This document shows, one piece after another, positions 23,733 to 36,900 of a stretch of 64,000 bases of DNA (its first letter is position 1; every line of letters begins with the position of its first letter). Location: the NCBI RefSeq assembly GCF_964213995.1, contig NC_135817.1, positions 53,196,001 through 53,260,000 of the forward strand, given 5' to 3'. Under the pieces are notes generated by a model. The model worked only from the letters and a program-made list of their open reading frames with translations, did not search any database and was not told the DNA's origin. The translations under genes and the position numbers were made by a program. This stretch comes from Mustelus asterias (Eukaryota).

Positions 23733-24975
23733 GTTCTCTCTGTGGACAGCTATTAGCAGCCTTTTCCCCTGGTTTCTGTGGCTATGACTCATCTTTCATT
23801 CCCTCCCCTGCAGTATAAATATCTCCCACTTTCTATGCCTTTTAGCTTTGACAAAGGGTCATCTGGACTCAAAACGTCAACTCTTTTCTCACCTTACAGG
23901 TGCTGCCAGACCTGCTGAGATTTTCCAGCATTTTCCCTTTTGGTAACACAATGACAGCTTTGCCTCATGACAAGTATCATTTGAATCCTGCTCTGTGTAC
24001 CCCAAGGTATCTGGGGAATACTGTATTTAAAATCATTGCTGGGAATACTGGGGTGGGTCTTGAACCCAAAACCTTCTAGCTCAGAAGCAATAGCACAATC
24101 AGTGAGCCAACTCTAACATGTCTAAAGTCATATACCAGGTTTACCTTCACTGCCCTGTTCAAAGAACAAAGAACAGTACAGCACAGGAAACAGGCCCTTC
24201 GGCCTCCAAGCCTGTGCCGCTCCTTGGTCCAACTAGACCAATCGTTTGTATCCCTCCATTCCCAGGCTGCTCATGTGACTATCCAGGTACTGGATAGTCA
24301 CATGACTATCCAGTACCTGTCATGTGACTATCCAGGTACTGTGTTACACATCTCTGAGGTAAAATACATCAAACAATGCCTATGTTTTTCTTAGATTGAA
24401 AGCAATATTAAAGTATGTTAAGTTAATATTGCATCTACTGTGCTGCCTGATGCTGGATAGGTTCTCTCGCTTCCATATTCCTTGAACACTTTGAAAATCC
24501 ATGGGGATTTGATATTAAAAATCCACAATGTGTCATAAAGATTTTCCATGCAGAAGTTATATTGCAACAAGCTCAAAACATTACCAGAAAGAAAAGATGC
24601 ATAGGTGGATAACTTATCTAAACATTTCAACACAAAATATCTAGAGTATTCCCAGCAATGATTTTAAATACAGTATAGATCTACCACAGTATTTCCCAGA
24701 TATCTTGGGGTACACAGAGCAGGATTCAAATGATACTTGTCATGAGGCAATGCTGTCATTGTGTTACCAAAAGGGAAAATGCTGGAAAATCTCAGCAGGT
24801 CTGGCAGCATCTGTGAGGAGAGAAAAGAACTGACGTTTCGAGTCCAGATGACCCTTTGTCAAAGCTAAAAGGCATAGAAAGTGGGAGATATTTATACTGC
24901 AGGGGAGGGAATGAAAGATGAGTTATAGCCACAGAAACCAGGGGAAAAGGCTGCTAATGGCTGCCACAGAGAGAA
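23733..24975. repeat. About 320-bp inverted repeat (23733-24049 vs 24645-24975): PLE 3' end plus adjacent flank
   Basis: Direct reverse-complement match, e.g. CCTGCAGTATAAATATCTCCCACTTTCTATGCCTTTTAGCTTTGACAAAGGGTCATCTGGACTC; the right copy continues into a purine-rich PLE-like UTR to about 25210. Confidence 0.9.
24160..24290 (-). mobile_element. CR1 3' tail fragment
   Basis: AAAGAACAAAGAACAGTACAGCACAGGAAACAGGCCCTTCGGCC is a reverse-complement CR1 tail. Confidence 0.8.
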
Positions 24976-25618
24976 TAAAGGGCCCAATAGCAGGGAAGCT
25001 AAAATGAGAGGGTAAGCTGTGACAGTTGAAGATGTGGGGGGGAGGGGGGGGGATGGATGGGACAGGGGAAAAATTTAGAAAAGGAGAAGCAAAAGGGGAG
25101 AAAAGGTAAGGGAAGGGGGATAAAGTAGGGGGAAAGAGTGGGGGGGGGAAGAAAAATGAAGAAAGACAATAAAGAAATAAAAAGTAGAGAACTGAAAAAA
25201 ATAAAATAGAATAGGTCATTGTGTTTCTCTTTGAATCAGATTCAATATGGTAACAGTGTGTGGTTGAGAATATGTGGTGGTGGGGATAGACAGATGGTGG
25301 TTGATGTGAGGTTGAAGTTGGACTAGTTCTACTTACGGAATATTTTAATTTTCCTGAATATCTGGGATGAAAGGGAATCTTGTGACATGTGTCCATGTTG
25401 GAGGGCTGCTGTATGTAGACAACCCCAAATAGCTTGGCGAATCCCTTGAAAAGCTGCCCTAATGTCTTTCCATGCTTTTGCTACTCTCACATGTTTCTCT
25501 CTTCCTTTGTCTTCGTCAGCCTTACTGATTTTCTTTGTGCATCTCTCTGTCTCTTTCACCTTTGTATTTTAGCTCCATCTCTGCTTTCAACCGTTGTATG
25601 AAGATCTTGCTTCTCTAT

Positions 25619-25949
25619 GGGTGGCACGGTGGTACAGTGGTTAGTACAGCTGCCTCACAGTGCCAGGGATCCAGGTTCAATACCCAGCTTGGGTCACTGT
25701 CTGTGTGGAGTTTGCACATTCTCCTCATGTCTGTGTGGGTTTCCTCCGGGTGCTCCGGTTTCCTCCCACAGTCGAAAGATGTGTGGGTTAGGTGGATTGG
25801 CCATGCTCAATTGCCCCTTAGTGTCAGGGCACTAGCTAGCGTAAATGCATGGGGTTATGAGGATAGGCCCTGGGTGGGATTATGGTCGGTGCAGACTCGA
25901 TGGGCCGAAAGGCCTCCTTCTGCACTGTAGGGATTCTATCATTCTGTGA
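25619..25949 (+). mobile_element. HE1-type V-SINE
   Basis: GGGTGGCACGGTGGTACAGTGGTTAG head through GGGATTCTATCATTCTGTGA tail. Confidence 0.9.
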
Positions 25950-26950
25950 TGATGCCAAGTTTGGATTGTTTCTCCTCTTGTTGCCCAGCCAAGTCTCAGC
26001 CCCCAACTACTGGCCAGCCAGGCTTTGGTTCAGATGTCCATCGAGCTGGGCCTTGGCTCATTTCTCTCAGGAAGACCCAGGACTCTGACCTCCAGTCAGC
26101 TAGCTAATCTATAGGCTGCAGACCTCTCTAACCAATGCTGACCCCAAACATTTCTTGACCGCTGTCAAGCTTCGCACTCACACCAACCACCTTGAAAATG
26201 GAGATCTACAACCATCAGTAGACTCTAAGTTGTCTCCCTGGCTCTATCTGGACCGTCTCAACCAGTAACTGTTCGGAATCCATTTAATCAGCAGTAAAGT
26301 TTATTCTGTTTGACACGCATGATAACCTCACCCACAGACTGATGAAATTACGCCTACATCACCAAGGATGTTTATGTATCTCATAACCATCTTTCTTTTC
26401 TCCACTGCATACATATTTTGACTGTTATCAGGACCTCAACGCATTTGTTTTTCTTATTAACATATTTTTCATATCTGTTTTGATCCTCCAACATCCCTCC
26501 GGGCAATGTCTTTAGTCACCTAATCCCTCCCTCACTGTTGCATAGTGTCCACTTTACAAGCAGCTCGTGTTATTTTAGGGCAATGCTACTACAACATGTA
26601 AATTAATATTCTGCCATCTCTATTAATCTCTTCCTGTAACCCTCACTATCTCTGTTTATCTCTATTAATCTGTCATTGTATCTCCTATTCTCTGTTGATC
26701 TCTGTTAATCTATTCCTGTGTCTGTTACTTTTCCTCGATTTCTTGTTTTTTTTTCTCTTTATTATTTCTGGGAACAGTGAGAGGCTGCAGAGGAAGTGAG
26801 CAGGGAATGCCTGGAGCAGTAAGTGACAGGATGTAGAGTGGCCACAGATGAAACTAGAGTGGGATTGGGTCAAGGGCAAAGGCAGGGTTTGGGTCTACCA
26901 AGTTGGAGGTATTGAGGAAGCAGCTGACTGAATAGAAAATGCAATGGATA

Positions 26951-27299
26951 TAGAATCATATAATCCCTATAGTGCAGAAGGAGACCATTCGGCCCATTGA
27001 GTCTGCACCGACTCTCTCTCAAAGCATCCCACCCAGGCCCTATTCCCGTAACCCCATGTATTTACCCTGCTAATTACCTTAACCTACCCAACTTGCGACA
27101 CTAAGGGGAAATCTAGCATGGCCAATCCATTAACCTGTTCATCTTTGGGCTGTGGGAGGAAACTGGAGCACCTGGAGAAAACACACGCAGACGCAGGGAG
27201 AATGTGTAAACTCCACACAGTCACCCAAGGCTGGAATTGAACCTGGGTCCCTGGAACTGTGAGGCAGCAGTGGTAACCACTGTGCCACCGTGCTGCCCC
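26951..27299 (-). mobile_element. HE1-type V-SINE
   Basis: Full-length head, V-domain and CR1-type tail. Confidence 0.9.
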
Positions 27300-27981
27300 A
27301 AATATGTTTGTGATTTTCCTGGTCAATGTATTTTAATGTGTTTACTTTGTAATAAAATTTATTTTAATGGTGCATGTTTGGATGGGAGAGGAACTGACTT
27401 ACATCATTACAGCTATACATCAGAGAAGTTCTTTTTTGATAGAATATGATTGGACATTTTTGATAAGAACGATGATTAGAGCGATTATTTTGGAGTCTGT
27501 TTAGCCTCCAGTGATGCAGTCCTCGAGTTAAAGCCCTGCCCCTGGACAGACAGGGTAGGGTTATGGGCTCAGGGACTTAAAATTTCACAATCAGGCAACC
27601 TGACCCCATTCTCAGCCTTTAAATGACAAAGTTCCAGAAATTAGTTCATGGCCGAGTCCCCTGCAAAAGGCCAAGGGGCCTAATGAACTTACCGAAAGCA
27701 CAGCCTGCTGACATCAGCAGCGTCGTGACTTCAATGTAATACTATGTGAAAGAGAGACTTGAGATTCTCTGCAGTTGATCCGAGGCTGAAGCTGTCAGCT
27801 TCCTAAATGAAGTGATTCTTTCACATTTCTTGTGGACCAGGAGGAACAGGAGTGCTCAGCCTTGGCTTCTCAAGGAAGCTTTCAGCCTCCCCACAGCTTT
27901 CCAAACCATCAGCATCTCCACTCCCTCCTGATCAATAAGAAGGATAAGGTAAATTTCTTTGGATCCTGTCATTAGAAAAGT

Positions 27982-28071
27982 ACAGTAAGAAGTCTCACAA
28001 CACCAGGTTAAAGTCCAACAGGTTTATTTGGTAGCAAATACCATAAGCTTTCGGAGCGCTGCCCCTTCGTC
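27982..28071 (-). mobile_element. PLE 3'-terminal fragment with truncated hammerhead
   Basis: Revcomp GACGAAGGGGCAGCGCTCCGAAAGCTTATGGTATTTGCTACCAAATAAACCTGTTGGACTTTAACCTGGTGTTGT is nearly identical to 61214-61288. Confidence 0.85.
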
Positions 28072-28080
28072 GAAGGTCAG

Positions 28081-28254
28081 AATGGACTGGGCAAACCCAA
28101 ATCCATTCCTTGCTTGCTCCAAAAAACAAATTCAAAATCCAATTGAATCCAATTCATGGTCCCCACAAGAGACACAAACAAGATTCAGGCTGACAAGATA
28201 AGGCATTGCAGCCCATCTTGATCTTGATCTGACGCTTGATCTTAGCCAAAAAGG
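28081..28254 (-). mobile_element. U2 snRNA-headed element, copy 2
   Basis: Revcomp CCTTTTTGGCTAAGATCAAGCGT (U2 5' end), then ATGGGCTGCAATGCCTTATCTTGTCAGCCTGAATC and GAATTGGATTCAATTGG, homologous to 17960-18034. Confidence 0.7.
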
Positions 28255-28801
28255 TATAGTACTTTATGGTAGAAAAATATTGCACAGCTCTTCACAAAGG
28301 TGTGTAATTTAAGGGTTTAATTTGATGTCACAGTCCTGTTAATACTAATCCAAATAAATCTGCGTTCTAGTGAAATATGACATCAGTACTACAGGAATCA
28401 ATGGTTCCCACTGTTAACTCCCTCTCAGGCATTTTTACAGTAACACAATCAGTACACTCCCTCAACCACCCAGGAAGAGAAGATTTCAAAGTAATTTCTC
28501 TATATGTGTGATAGGTGACCCACAGCCTGGGTGGGAAAGGCCTTGAATGTTAATCAACTGTGCCTCAAGTTATGCATAAGTGTGCAAAATGTACTCAGAC
28601 TAAGCTTGTGAACATGATCTATCCACAAATTCTGGTGAAAAGATTTCTTATAAGCAGACTTACAAAGAAACCTCAGATGCTGAAATAAAACAGAAAATAC
28701 TGAAAATAAGCAGAATGTTCTGTCAGCGTCTGCAAAGAGAATTTTCTGATGTGACAAAAAAGAAAGTAAGTTTCTGATCTTTCGCTATTTCTTTCCTGCA
28801 G

Positions 28802-29052
28802 GTTCTTCTCTTCAGGAAGCCATTTGTTCGAATGATGCCCTCTTCTACTTTATATTTTTCTACCCCTTTCCAATTTTTGGAATCCTGCTGATTGCAATTT
28901 TACTGACGCGCTATAAAACCCTAAATTCGCAGAAGAAATCTGACGGCAAAAATGGCGTCCCATTGCTCTGGATTAAAGAGCCCGCAGTGACTTATTCTCC
29001 GACAAGCCTTGAGCCACCGGATTTCAGAATAGGGCCAGGAAGCCTCGGTTAA
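28802..29052 (+). CDS. IGSF3: IGSF3 terminal coding exon: transmembrane helix and cytoplasmic tail (missed by the ORF track)
   Basis: Acceptor ctttcctgcag|GT; translation GSSLQEAICSNDALFYFIFFYPFPIFGILLIAILLTRYKTLNSQKKSDGKNGVPLLWIKEPAVTYSPTSLEPPDFRIGPGSLG*, closely matching the recalled mammalian IGSF3 C-terminus (ICSNDALFYFVFFYPFPIFGIL...SDGKNGVPLLWIKEP). Confidence 0.96.
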
Positions 29053-32000
29053 GAGAGAGAAAGAAGGAAAGGGATTTTGGAAAAAAAAAAGAGATATTCA
29101 ACCTACGGGGTCAAAGTTATAATGAATTAAAGATGAATATTTACCCCCAAAATAATCAAGTTTGGAAGCAATATCCTCCACCTCTTACATTAAGAATGTA
29201 CATTCTGAGGGTCATGGCAGTGAGATATGGGGGAGAGAGGGTACATTTATTCCAAGATGTTTGCCTTAATTGGCATCCTCCCCATTACTCCCAACACAAT
29301 TAGTTGATATAGTTGGAATGTTTAATTTTACACTAATGTAGATGTATAGTCTTCTGCCAACTGTTTTTACTGCATGAGAGTTCTGCTTGTCACATTAGTC
29401 CACCATGTGTAATAGGTATGATCTCATTCAAATGCCAGATGATCTCCTGAATGTTAAGATTATTGTTGCTCCTGAGGAACACAGAACTGTAGCAAATGCA
29501 GTCCCATGGAGAGAAATATTGAGCTGTAATGATGTAAAATTGAGGGCCTTTTTTTTAAGCTTCATGACATTTACCTGCCCCCTGTGCTTAGTCAATAAGT
29601 CTAAGAAGAGTCAACTCTAAATCAGAGAAGTCATGGCTTGAGGGATGGACCCTACACCCAGACCTTCTGTTCAATTACTGCATAGAATAAGTGACCAACA
29701 AAAACGATCAAAAGGGAGTGGAAAGCTCATGGGAGCTGAGAAGAAGCTGTAGCACTGAAGACACAGAGACATTGTGTCAGGCAAATTCAATGCTTGACAA
29801 GTGTCAAATGACTATGACTTGTGCAATAGAAAAGCCAGGAAGGACACCCTGTGCGGGCAATGAACATCATCAGTGTTAAGACTGCATTCTGACAGGATTA
29901 CAATGAAGACAATGTCACCCGAATGCAGGATATGGGACAATGAAATTCCATCCCTTCACAGCGAATATAGATAAGGATCAAGTTGATTATTTCGTAAGAA
30001 CAGCCAATGCTTCTCATTTATGAAATTTTTTGATACAGAAACCCGATTAAGCTGCAACTGTGTAGAACGGATAGTTTTTTTTTATACATTGTTTTTGCAC
30101 TTTTTGAAACAACTTTTTATTCTGTGTTTGAACAAGAATCATTATAGTTGCCTGTTTTGTTTTGAAAATGTTCTTTGAAAGAGTCTAACTTGCTCAATAA
30201 GAAATCGCAGGCCTGAACAGATCCAGTGCCCAAGCAAGTTCAAAGTGCATCACTACAAGCTCAGTTAGACTTGTCTCAGCTTGAATACCTTCAGAGAATT
30301 TTCAAACATTAATTCATATTCTGTTTTAAAACAACTCCATTTGTATTTACTAAACCACTCCCGGAATTTTTAATTATCCCTGACATGTTGCTGTACACAG
30401 TGAAGTTAAGGTGTGGGTGGGGATTGAATTATCCACCCTGAAAATGTTTTGCACTGAAACAAAAATGACTATTTCATTGGATAAAACTCTCAAAGATCAT
30501 AAATTCCACTGCATGAGAAAAAAGTACAATACTTGTGTGAGGAAAGAAAAGTGGGATTGGGAAGGGGAATGCCAGAGATCCAAATAATCTTCTCAAGACA
30601 GTATCGTATCATGGGGATGGAGTTTGATACAAGATAGAGTAGGAAGATTCTATAATTGGAAATTTTTTATCCCAGCACTGACTGATTAACCAACCTGTCT
30701 GGATTGCTCTGCATAGTTATCTCAGTTATCATGTTGAATTGATATAATTTCATGCAATTCAAATTTTGAATTAGTTGGTTATTAATTGATTAATTTGATC
30801 TGACAGGAGTGTTCCCTGACTTGTTCACATAAATCCCACAACCTGAGCAGAATAGAATTAACTATTTTCTAGATAAAGTTGCTCTACTCTCTTCTGGAAT
30901 ATGTTCCTGTATTATCACCCACAATGCATGTATAATGAACCATGCACCACCTGGGAATACAGGGCTCATACATATCGGTCCATTGTGAGCCACTGCACCC
31001 TTAATCCAGTGGTTCTAATTTACATGCTATCATTACGGTTTTGCTGTAAGTGCACAACAGCTACCAGTTTGGGTACGATTCTGACAATACCTTTATCTTC
31101 CTTCAATGATGTTACTTGTCAGATGACCAATGATGGCTTCAGGATGTATTTGGTATTTGTGAGCCTGGGTGCATTGTTACATCTGCTGTCTTCTTGCAAT
31201 GAAAGCACAGATGAATTATAACAACAGCAGCTTAACAGTCTGGTCTGGGGTTCCTCTGAAATATGTAGTTGTATCTTGTTTGCCAGTTGGACTTGTTGTA
31301 TGGTGTAGCACAGTATCTCGCCCTGAATGCAATCACAGGATTTTTCATCAGACCAAGTATTTAGCCCAATGATCCTTTATTTGATCGGGTGACCAGTGTC
31401 ATACAATGTGCACACTAGGCAGAGCAGGAACAAGAACAAGCCTTTGGTAGATAACACTGATACACTCATATTTGTGTGCATCTGTGTACATCCATGAGTA
31501 GAGACTATAAGTGAGTCATGGTGTTGAAGTTAAGGTCAATTGAACACTCACTTGGACTTTTTTGCAGAGCCCCACACATCCCATGTGCTCCATCACTACC
31601 AAAGAAGCGATGGATTGAAACTCTAAACCTGCAAGACTATCAGATGCTCATAGCCCTGATTAGGTTCTTACCTCCCCCAATCTCACAACTTCACGTTGTT
31701 GTTACATAGCCTCTGCACTGTGCACAGTACTTCCATTATAAGATGAAAATTGATCAAAAGGTTTTGATTTCCTTTGCTTATAAAATTTGCCCGAACAGAA
31801 ACTGCCTCTGAATTTACTCTTTTTGATCCTGGACCAGTCGAACTGGTTTGAAATAATCACTTCCTCAAGCTTGATGTTGGAGAGTGCAGCACTTGTTTAC
31901 AAGACTCTAGTACTTGAGTTCAATAACTGTTAATCGTTCAAGAAAAAGTTATGGTATGCAATAAAAATGCATTTTAGATGGAGCTAGTAAACCAGTGCAA

Positions 32001-32616
32001 TTTAATTCAGCAAAGATTCTCAGATGTGGGAGGGAGAATCACTATGTCCTCTCAGTTGTAAAATAGGTTCTTGGAGTAAAGCTTAAGCAGTTTATTCATT
32101 ATAAAAATGCAATGGAGTATAGCAATCTCTACAAAGGCATAGAACTTAAATTAGTAATCAAATATGTTAAAGTTTGATTGTCAATACAGGTTAAAGAATG
32201 TCCCTTAGCTTCTTCTGTAATAGGAGGACTTAGTTATTATTTTTTTTGGAGTACAAAGAAAAAGGCTGAGACCCATGACAAATCTGCAAACAGGAGCAAT
32301 GTAGCTTCAATCTGTTCATTAAAAACAGTGCAAAGTTTGATCCAGAAATGGATGGATTGTTTTGGGAACAATGTTATATCAGGTAACAAGGATAGGGAAG
32401 GATATGGAAGGCACCAATTTAGCCAATGAGAAAACTTGTGCATATCAGACCCACTGAAACATTTGGCAGTAGCAAGAAAATGTGTAGTATAACTGGGTTC
32501 AAAACTATGGGATTATTGTGTGATTTTCATTCTGGAATATATCTATCATAGGTTCGGCTTTGGATAAATACTGGTTCTATATATTTCACCAGTATCTCCT
32601 GTATATCTATGAATAA

Positions 32617-32850
32617 AAGTCACCAAAGTCCCAGAGGAACAGAGGGTGCTCTCCCCCTTTTTGAGAGAGAGAGAGAGAGAGCTGACTGGCGGTGATTTAA
32701 CCTGAGGATCACCACACCTCAGGCGAGGGGCAAGATTGAGAAGGTTATCCTTCTTGGATAACCTCAGAGGGGACGAGAATTGAACCTGTGCTGTTGGCGT
32801 CACTCTGCATCACAAACCAGCCGTGCAGCCAACTGAGCTAACCAACCCCC
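32617..32850 (-). mobile_element. tRNA-derived SINE, same family as 3530-3738
   Basis: Head revcomp GGTTAGCTCAGTTGGCTGCACGGCTGGTTTGTGATGCAGAGTGACGCCAACAGC; shared CCTGAGGTGTGGTGATCCTCAGGTTAAATCACC core. Confidence 0.75.
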
Positions 32851-33911
32851 GCTCCCCCCCAGGCTATTTATGAAATGCAGCAACTGGCACCACTGAAGCC
32901 ATATAAAGTCATAATATTGGTATAAAGCACTTAAACCTTGGCTGAGTAAAAAACAACTGGTTCTGAGCTGGGCTTCACAAATTTAAAGATTATTCTGCAG
33001 CTTCAAAAAGCAAACTGCAATTGGGTTTTATTCAGAGCCTCAACAAATGCACATTCTTCTATGCAGTATGGATCAAATAATTGAACAGAAATGTAAAAGG
33101 GACAATTTTATAAAGTTGGTGCTTAGGGCTTCATTGCACACTTCAGGGAAATCCTATATTCAGCAATATTCTCGCAATACAAGTCACGCAAGCGTACTCT
33201 TTAATTAATATTTAAATGAAGGTGTGATGACATGAATGATGTACACTATTCATCACCATAACCTGCAGGGAAACTGATAATGGATCACAATTTGCAGATG
33301 CTGCAAGTTTCCAAGAGTTGGAAAAATCGGTATATTTTGTATATTTTCACTATCTGGTGCAAAGAGGGATTGTTTTTCAGTGAAAATGGAAACAGGGAGT
33401 TGTGGACTGTTGAGAAAAGGTGCTGTCAATAGAAAACAAATGGTAAAATTTTGGTTTGGATGTTGAATCTGGCAAACAAGCAGTAGGGCTAGATAAAAAG
33501 GTAATTCAAATACAGTATGTGATAGAAAAGTTGCCAACACTGTAGGAATCCAAGATTGTTTTGCTCACAATCCCAAAAAATATATATTTTTAAATCCCCA
33601 ATAAGGAAACAGCTCAAATTCTTACCATACTTCTCCCCTTAAACATGAATTTAAATTGGTGTGTCGGTTATAATCTCTGTAGAACTGAATTACAATGCCT
33701 CTGTATCAGTGAACAGACATTGATGAGCCAAAGGCATTTCACACTTGAGTCAGTCTAAAGATATATAGTTCTTCTATTTTTCTCTGCTTGTTAGTTATCT
33801 ACATTTCTCCCATCTCACCAGAAGATGCTGAATCTTGCTGGAGTACAGCTCCATGAACAGACCCCCTGTACTCCTATCCAAGTGGCCAGTCATCCCATAT
33901 AAATAGTCTTT

Positions 33912-33988
33912 GGGCAGGATTCTTCAATCCCACTGCAATGAATGGAGATTTGGCTGAGCACCAAATTCGACATTGGAGAATTCCAGCT
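33912..33988. mobile_element. Short MITE (internally deleted member of the ~135-bp family)
   Basis: GGGCAGGATTCT...AGAATTCCAGC ends; core GGAGATTTGGCTGAGCACCAAATT shared with 45485 and 48078. Confidence 0.65.
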
Positions 33989-36900
33989 TCTTAAGTCTGA
34001 CCTAAGATAATTTTCTGTAGGCTGCCTGATTATGAGTGGCGGAAGAACTGTGTCTGAATCTGTTCTCAGTGAAATTTCATGCACATTTTCTGACCTGAGT
34101 CACCCTGGCTATTTTTCCCCCCTTTGATTCAGGCTCTCTGGTTACTATTGTCATACCCAAGTGATCAACGAATTAGGTACACTCCATTAATTGAACCTGG
34201 GCCTTTTTTTTGTCTTGTTCATTTCATTTGAGGAGTAGTTCATTTGCCACCTCAGGGGAATTGTTTTCACAGAATCACGAAGGTGGCCATCATGCCTTTG
34301 ACAGTTCTTTCAGAGAGGTAACCAATTCGCCCCACTACCTTATCCTTTCCCCTATCCCTGCACATTGTTCCTTTTCTAGTATCGTTCCAATTTATTTTTT
34401 GAAATCTGCTACTGAATCTACTTCCACCACCCTTTTAGGCAATGCTTTCCATTTAATAAGAACTGTATTAAGAGCTTGCCTCATTTCCCCTTTGGTTCTT
34501 TTGCCAATTATCTCAGATCTGTGCTTTTTATGTCAGCCTTCTGTCCTTATTTTATCAACAACCTTCATGTTTAAGGTTACATACGGGTGTGTGTGAAGGG
34601 AGAATAGGCATGTGAAATGAACTGGATGGGAGACTTTAGGTATTTGCTATAGTTCCAATCAGATCTTTCAAGTTCGTGTGATTCCACAGGGTGTCCAAAT
34701 TCCTTTCAATGCAAAATCTAGTGTGCTTGCAAGACAGATTGGAAAAGAGCCATTCAAATGGTATTTGTACCTCTGAGTCCATTTTATTATAAGATATTTT
34801 CAACTAATGTCTCAGTCTCCCAGTTCTCACATCATCCATCATTCTGGGGGATTAGCCCGAGTCTTTTCGACTGGGGAAATGCAGCAAATCGCACGTCAAT
34901 CCTCTCCCTTCATCTGTTTTTTTTTTATTTTGCAAATTTCAATTTCAAAGAGGAAATGTTTCAACCCATGCTAAATAATAATCAACTGCACCGTATTAAA
35001 GATGGTCAAATTCAAATTAAACATGACAGGTATTGGGAGCAGACACCTCAAAAATTAATGCTTGTGTTAATCATGGTAGTAAATACATTATTTTATATTT
35101 AAATAAGTCTCAATCTTTTATCCATTCTAGTGCAGTTAAAGTTTAATAAAACAATATTTTGTGGTTTAGGTATTTCTGGTAAAAATTAAGTACCACATAA
35201 GTGAATATGAGTTGTTATGGCATTATAGTATAAATTATAGCAGCCTAGAGATTTCTCCCATTAGCAGTGTAATTACTAAAATTGAACACTAACTGGAAAG
35301 GGTCAGGCCTGATGTCAACCAGCCTGAGTTATCTTTATCATTTGTCATCAGACCTGGGGGTAAAGGTGGATGTTGAGACAAAAAGAAATACATAAGATTT
35401 CTTCTGAGTTTAAAATAATTTCAGTTTTCAACTTGAAAATTTCTAAATATTCATCAATTTGTTTAGTGAGCTGGCAGGAATTGACAGCAAGGTACCAATA
35501 CAGGTTCAAGTGCAATAAGCATGCTTCTAACGATTGATTTGACCATTGTATCTGGCTGATTGCTATATCTGAGACTGTCTTATTCTTCCCTGCTTGCAAA
35601 TGTTACCAAAATACTTTTGTGGGATTGTATCAGCATGTAACTACTGATGAATAGGGCCGATTGTTAAGTATAATGTCAGCTAGTTATTGCACTTTCAAAG
35701 AACTCATTCGCGTTTTGAACCTGTTCCAGTTTAAAATTGGAGTTTAAATGTTTAAAATGCTATTGAGCAGAGCCTGTGATTAACGTAATTGGTTATGGCA
35801 CATGAAGCAATGTGTTTCACTCAGCAAATAGCAAAGCAACCTTTGCAAATTTCCTCAGTGCTCAGGTAGATAATCACACAGCAGAGGGTATATTCTCAGC
35901 TTCACCACATGGGCAGTAATCTTTGGAAGGGAATGCACCCTTTTCCCCACCACCCCACCCCCTTATCCACAGCCTCATCACCGCTCTGTTATAGAACCCA
36001 TCAATGGAATAAAATTCAGGCGGGTTGAATGTTTGACGGTGACACATTCCACCAGTTTATTGCCATTGTGAACGCAATGAATGTGAAAAGTTTCCTGATA
36101 GGTTTCGGCATGGGGAAAAGTAGGAGATTCTGAATGTCCTTAGAAATACATTCATCTCATCGACACAATGCAACTACATTGACTAATTTAAATGTAGCCA
36201 CATGGATACATATGAGTTGTGGATTTGCAAAGACAAAACATGAATTACAGCTAAATTACAAGAACGATCATTTGTCGCTAAAACTGAATGCACTGTGTTT
36301 CAGTTGGTTATATTGGTCCTCTAGCTTCTCCAATGGAGTGTCTTGTAACTTCTGGCTTGTGATGTAACTGAAAACGCTTCCTTGCAATACATTATTGTGC
36401 ATCAATTCCGATTCATTCTACTTTATTCAAACTGTCTGAAAGCTTTACAGTCAATCAGAAGTGTCAACCTTGCGCACAACCATGTCGAACCATTTGATTA
36501 ATTTGGTAAATTTGTATTGTTTTCACCCAATGAGATTGTTACACTTTGTAACTATAGTACTCATATTTTCTAAATGATTTATAGAGGGTCCCTGCACTGC
36601 CTGCTGGTAGAAATGTTACACAGGATGAGATCCTTCTGATTTACAGTCTTACTTCTAACTGGGGAAAATGGTTGTGAGGTGAACGTATATAACATGCTTC
36701 ACCATATTAAAGGAATAAAAATCTCGCACAACCAGTCAGATGTATGAGCTTCCTGTGAATAGGCATCTCTTCCAGCATATCCTGCTATACAGTTGATCTG
36801 ATTTCAAATTTGATATTGAGAAGTGGGAACCTTTACTCCAAGCCATGATCAAAGTAAACAATTCTATACTGAAGTGTTGGGATATTCCCAGTTTCTCATT

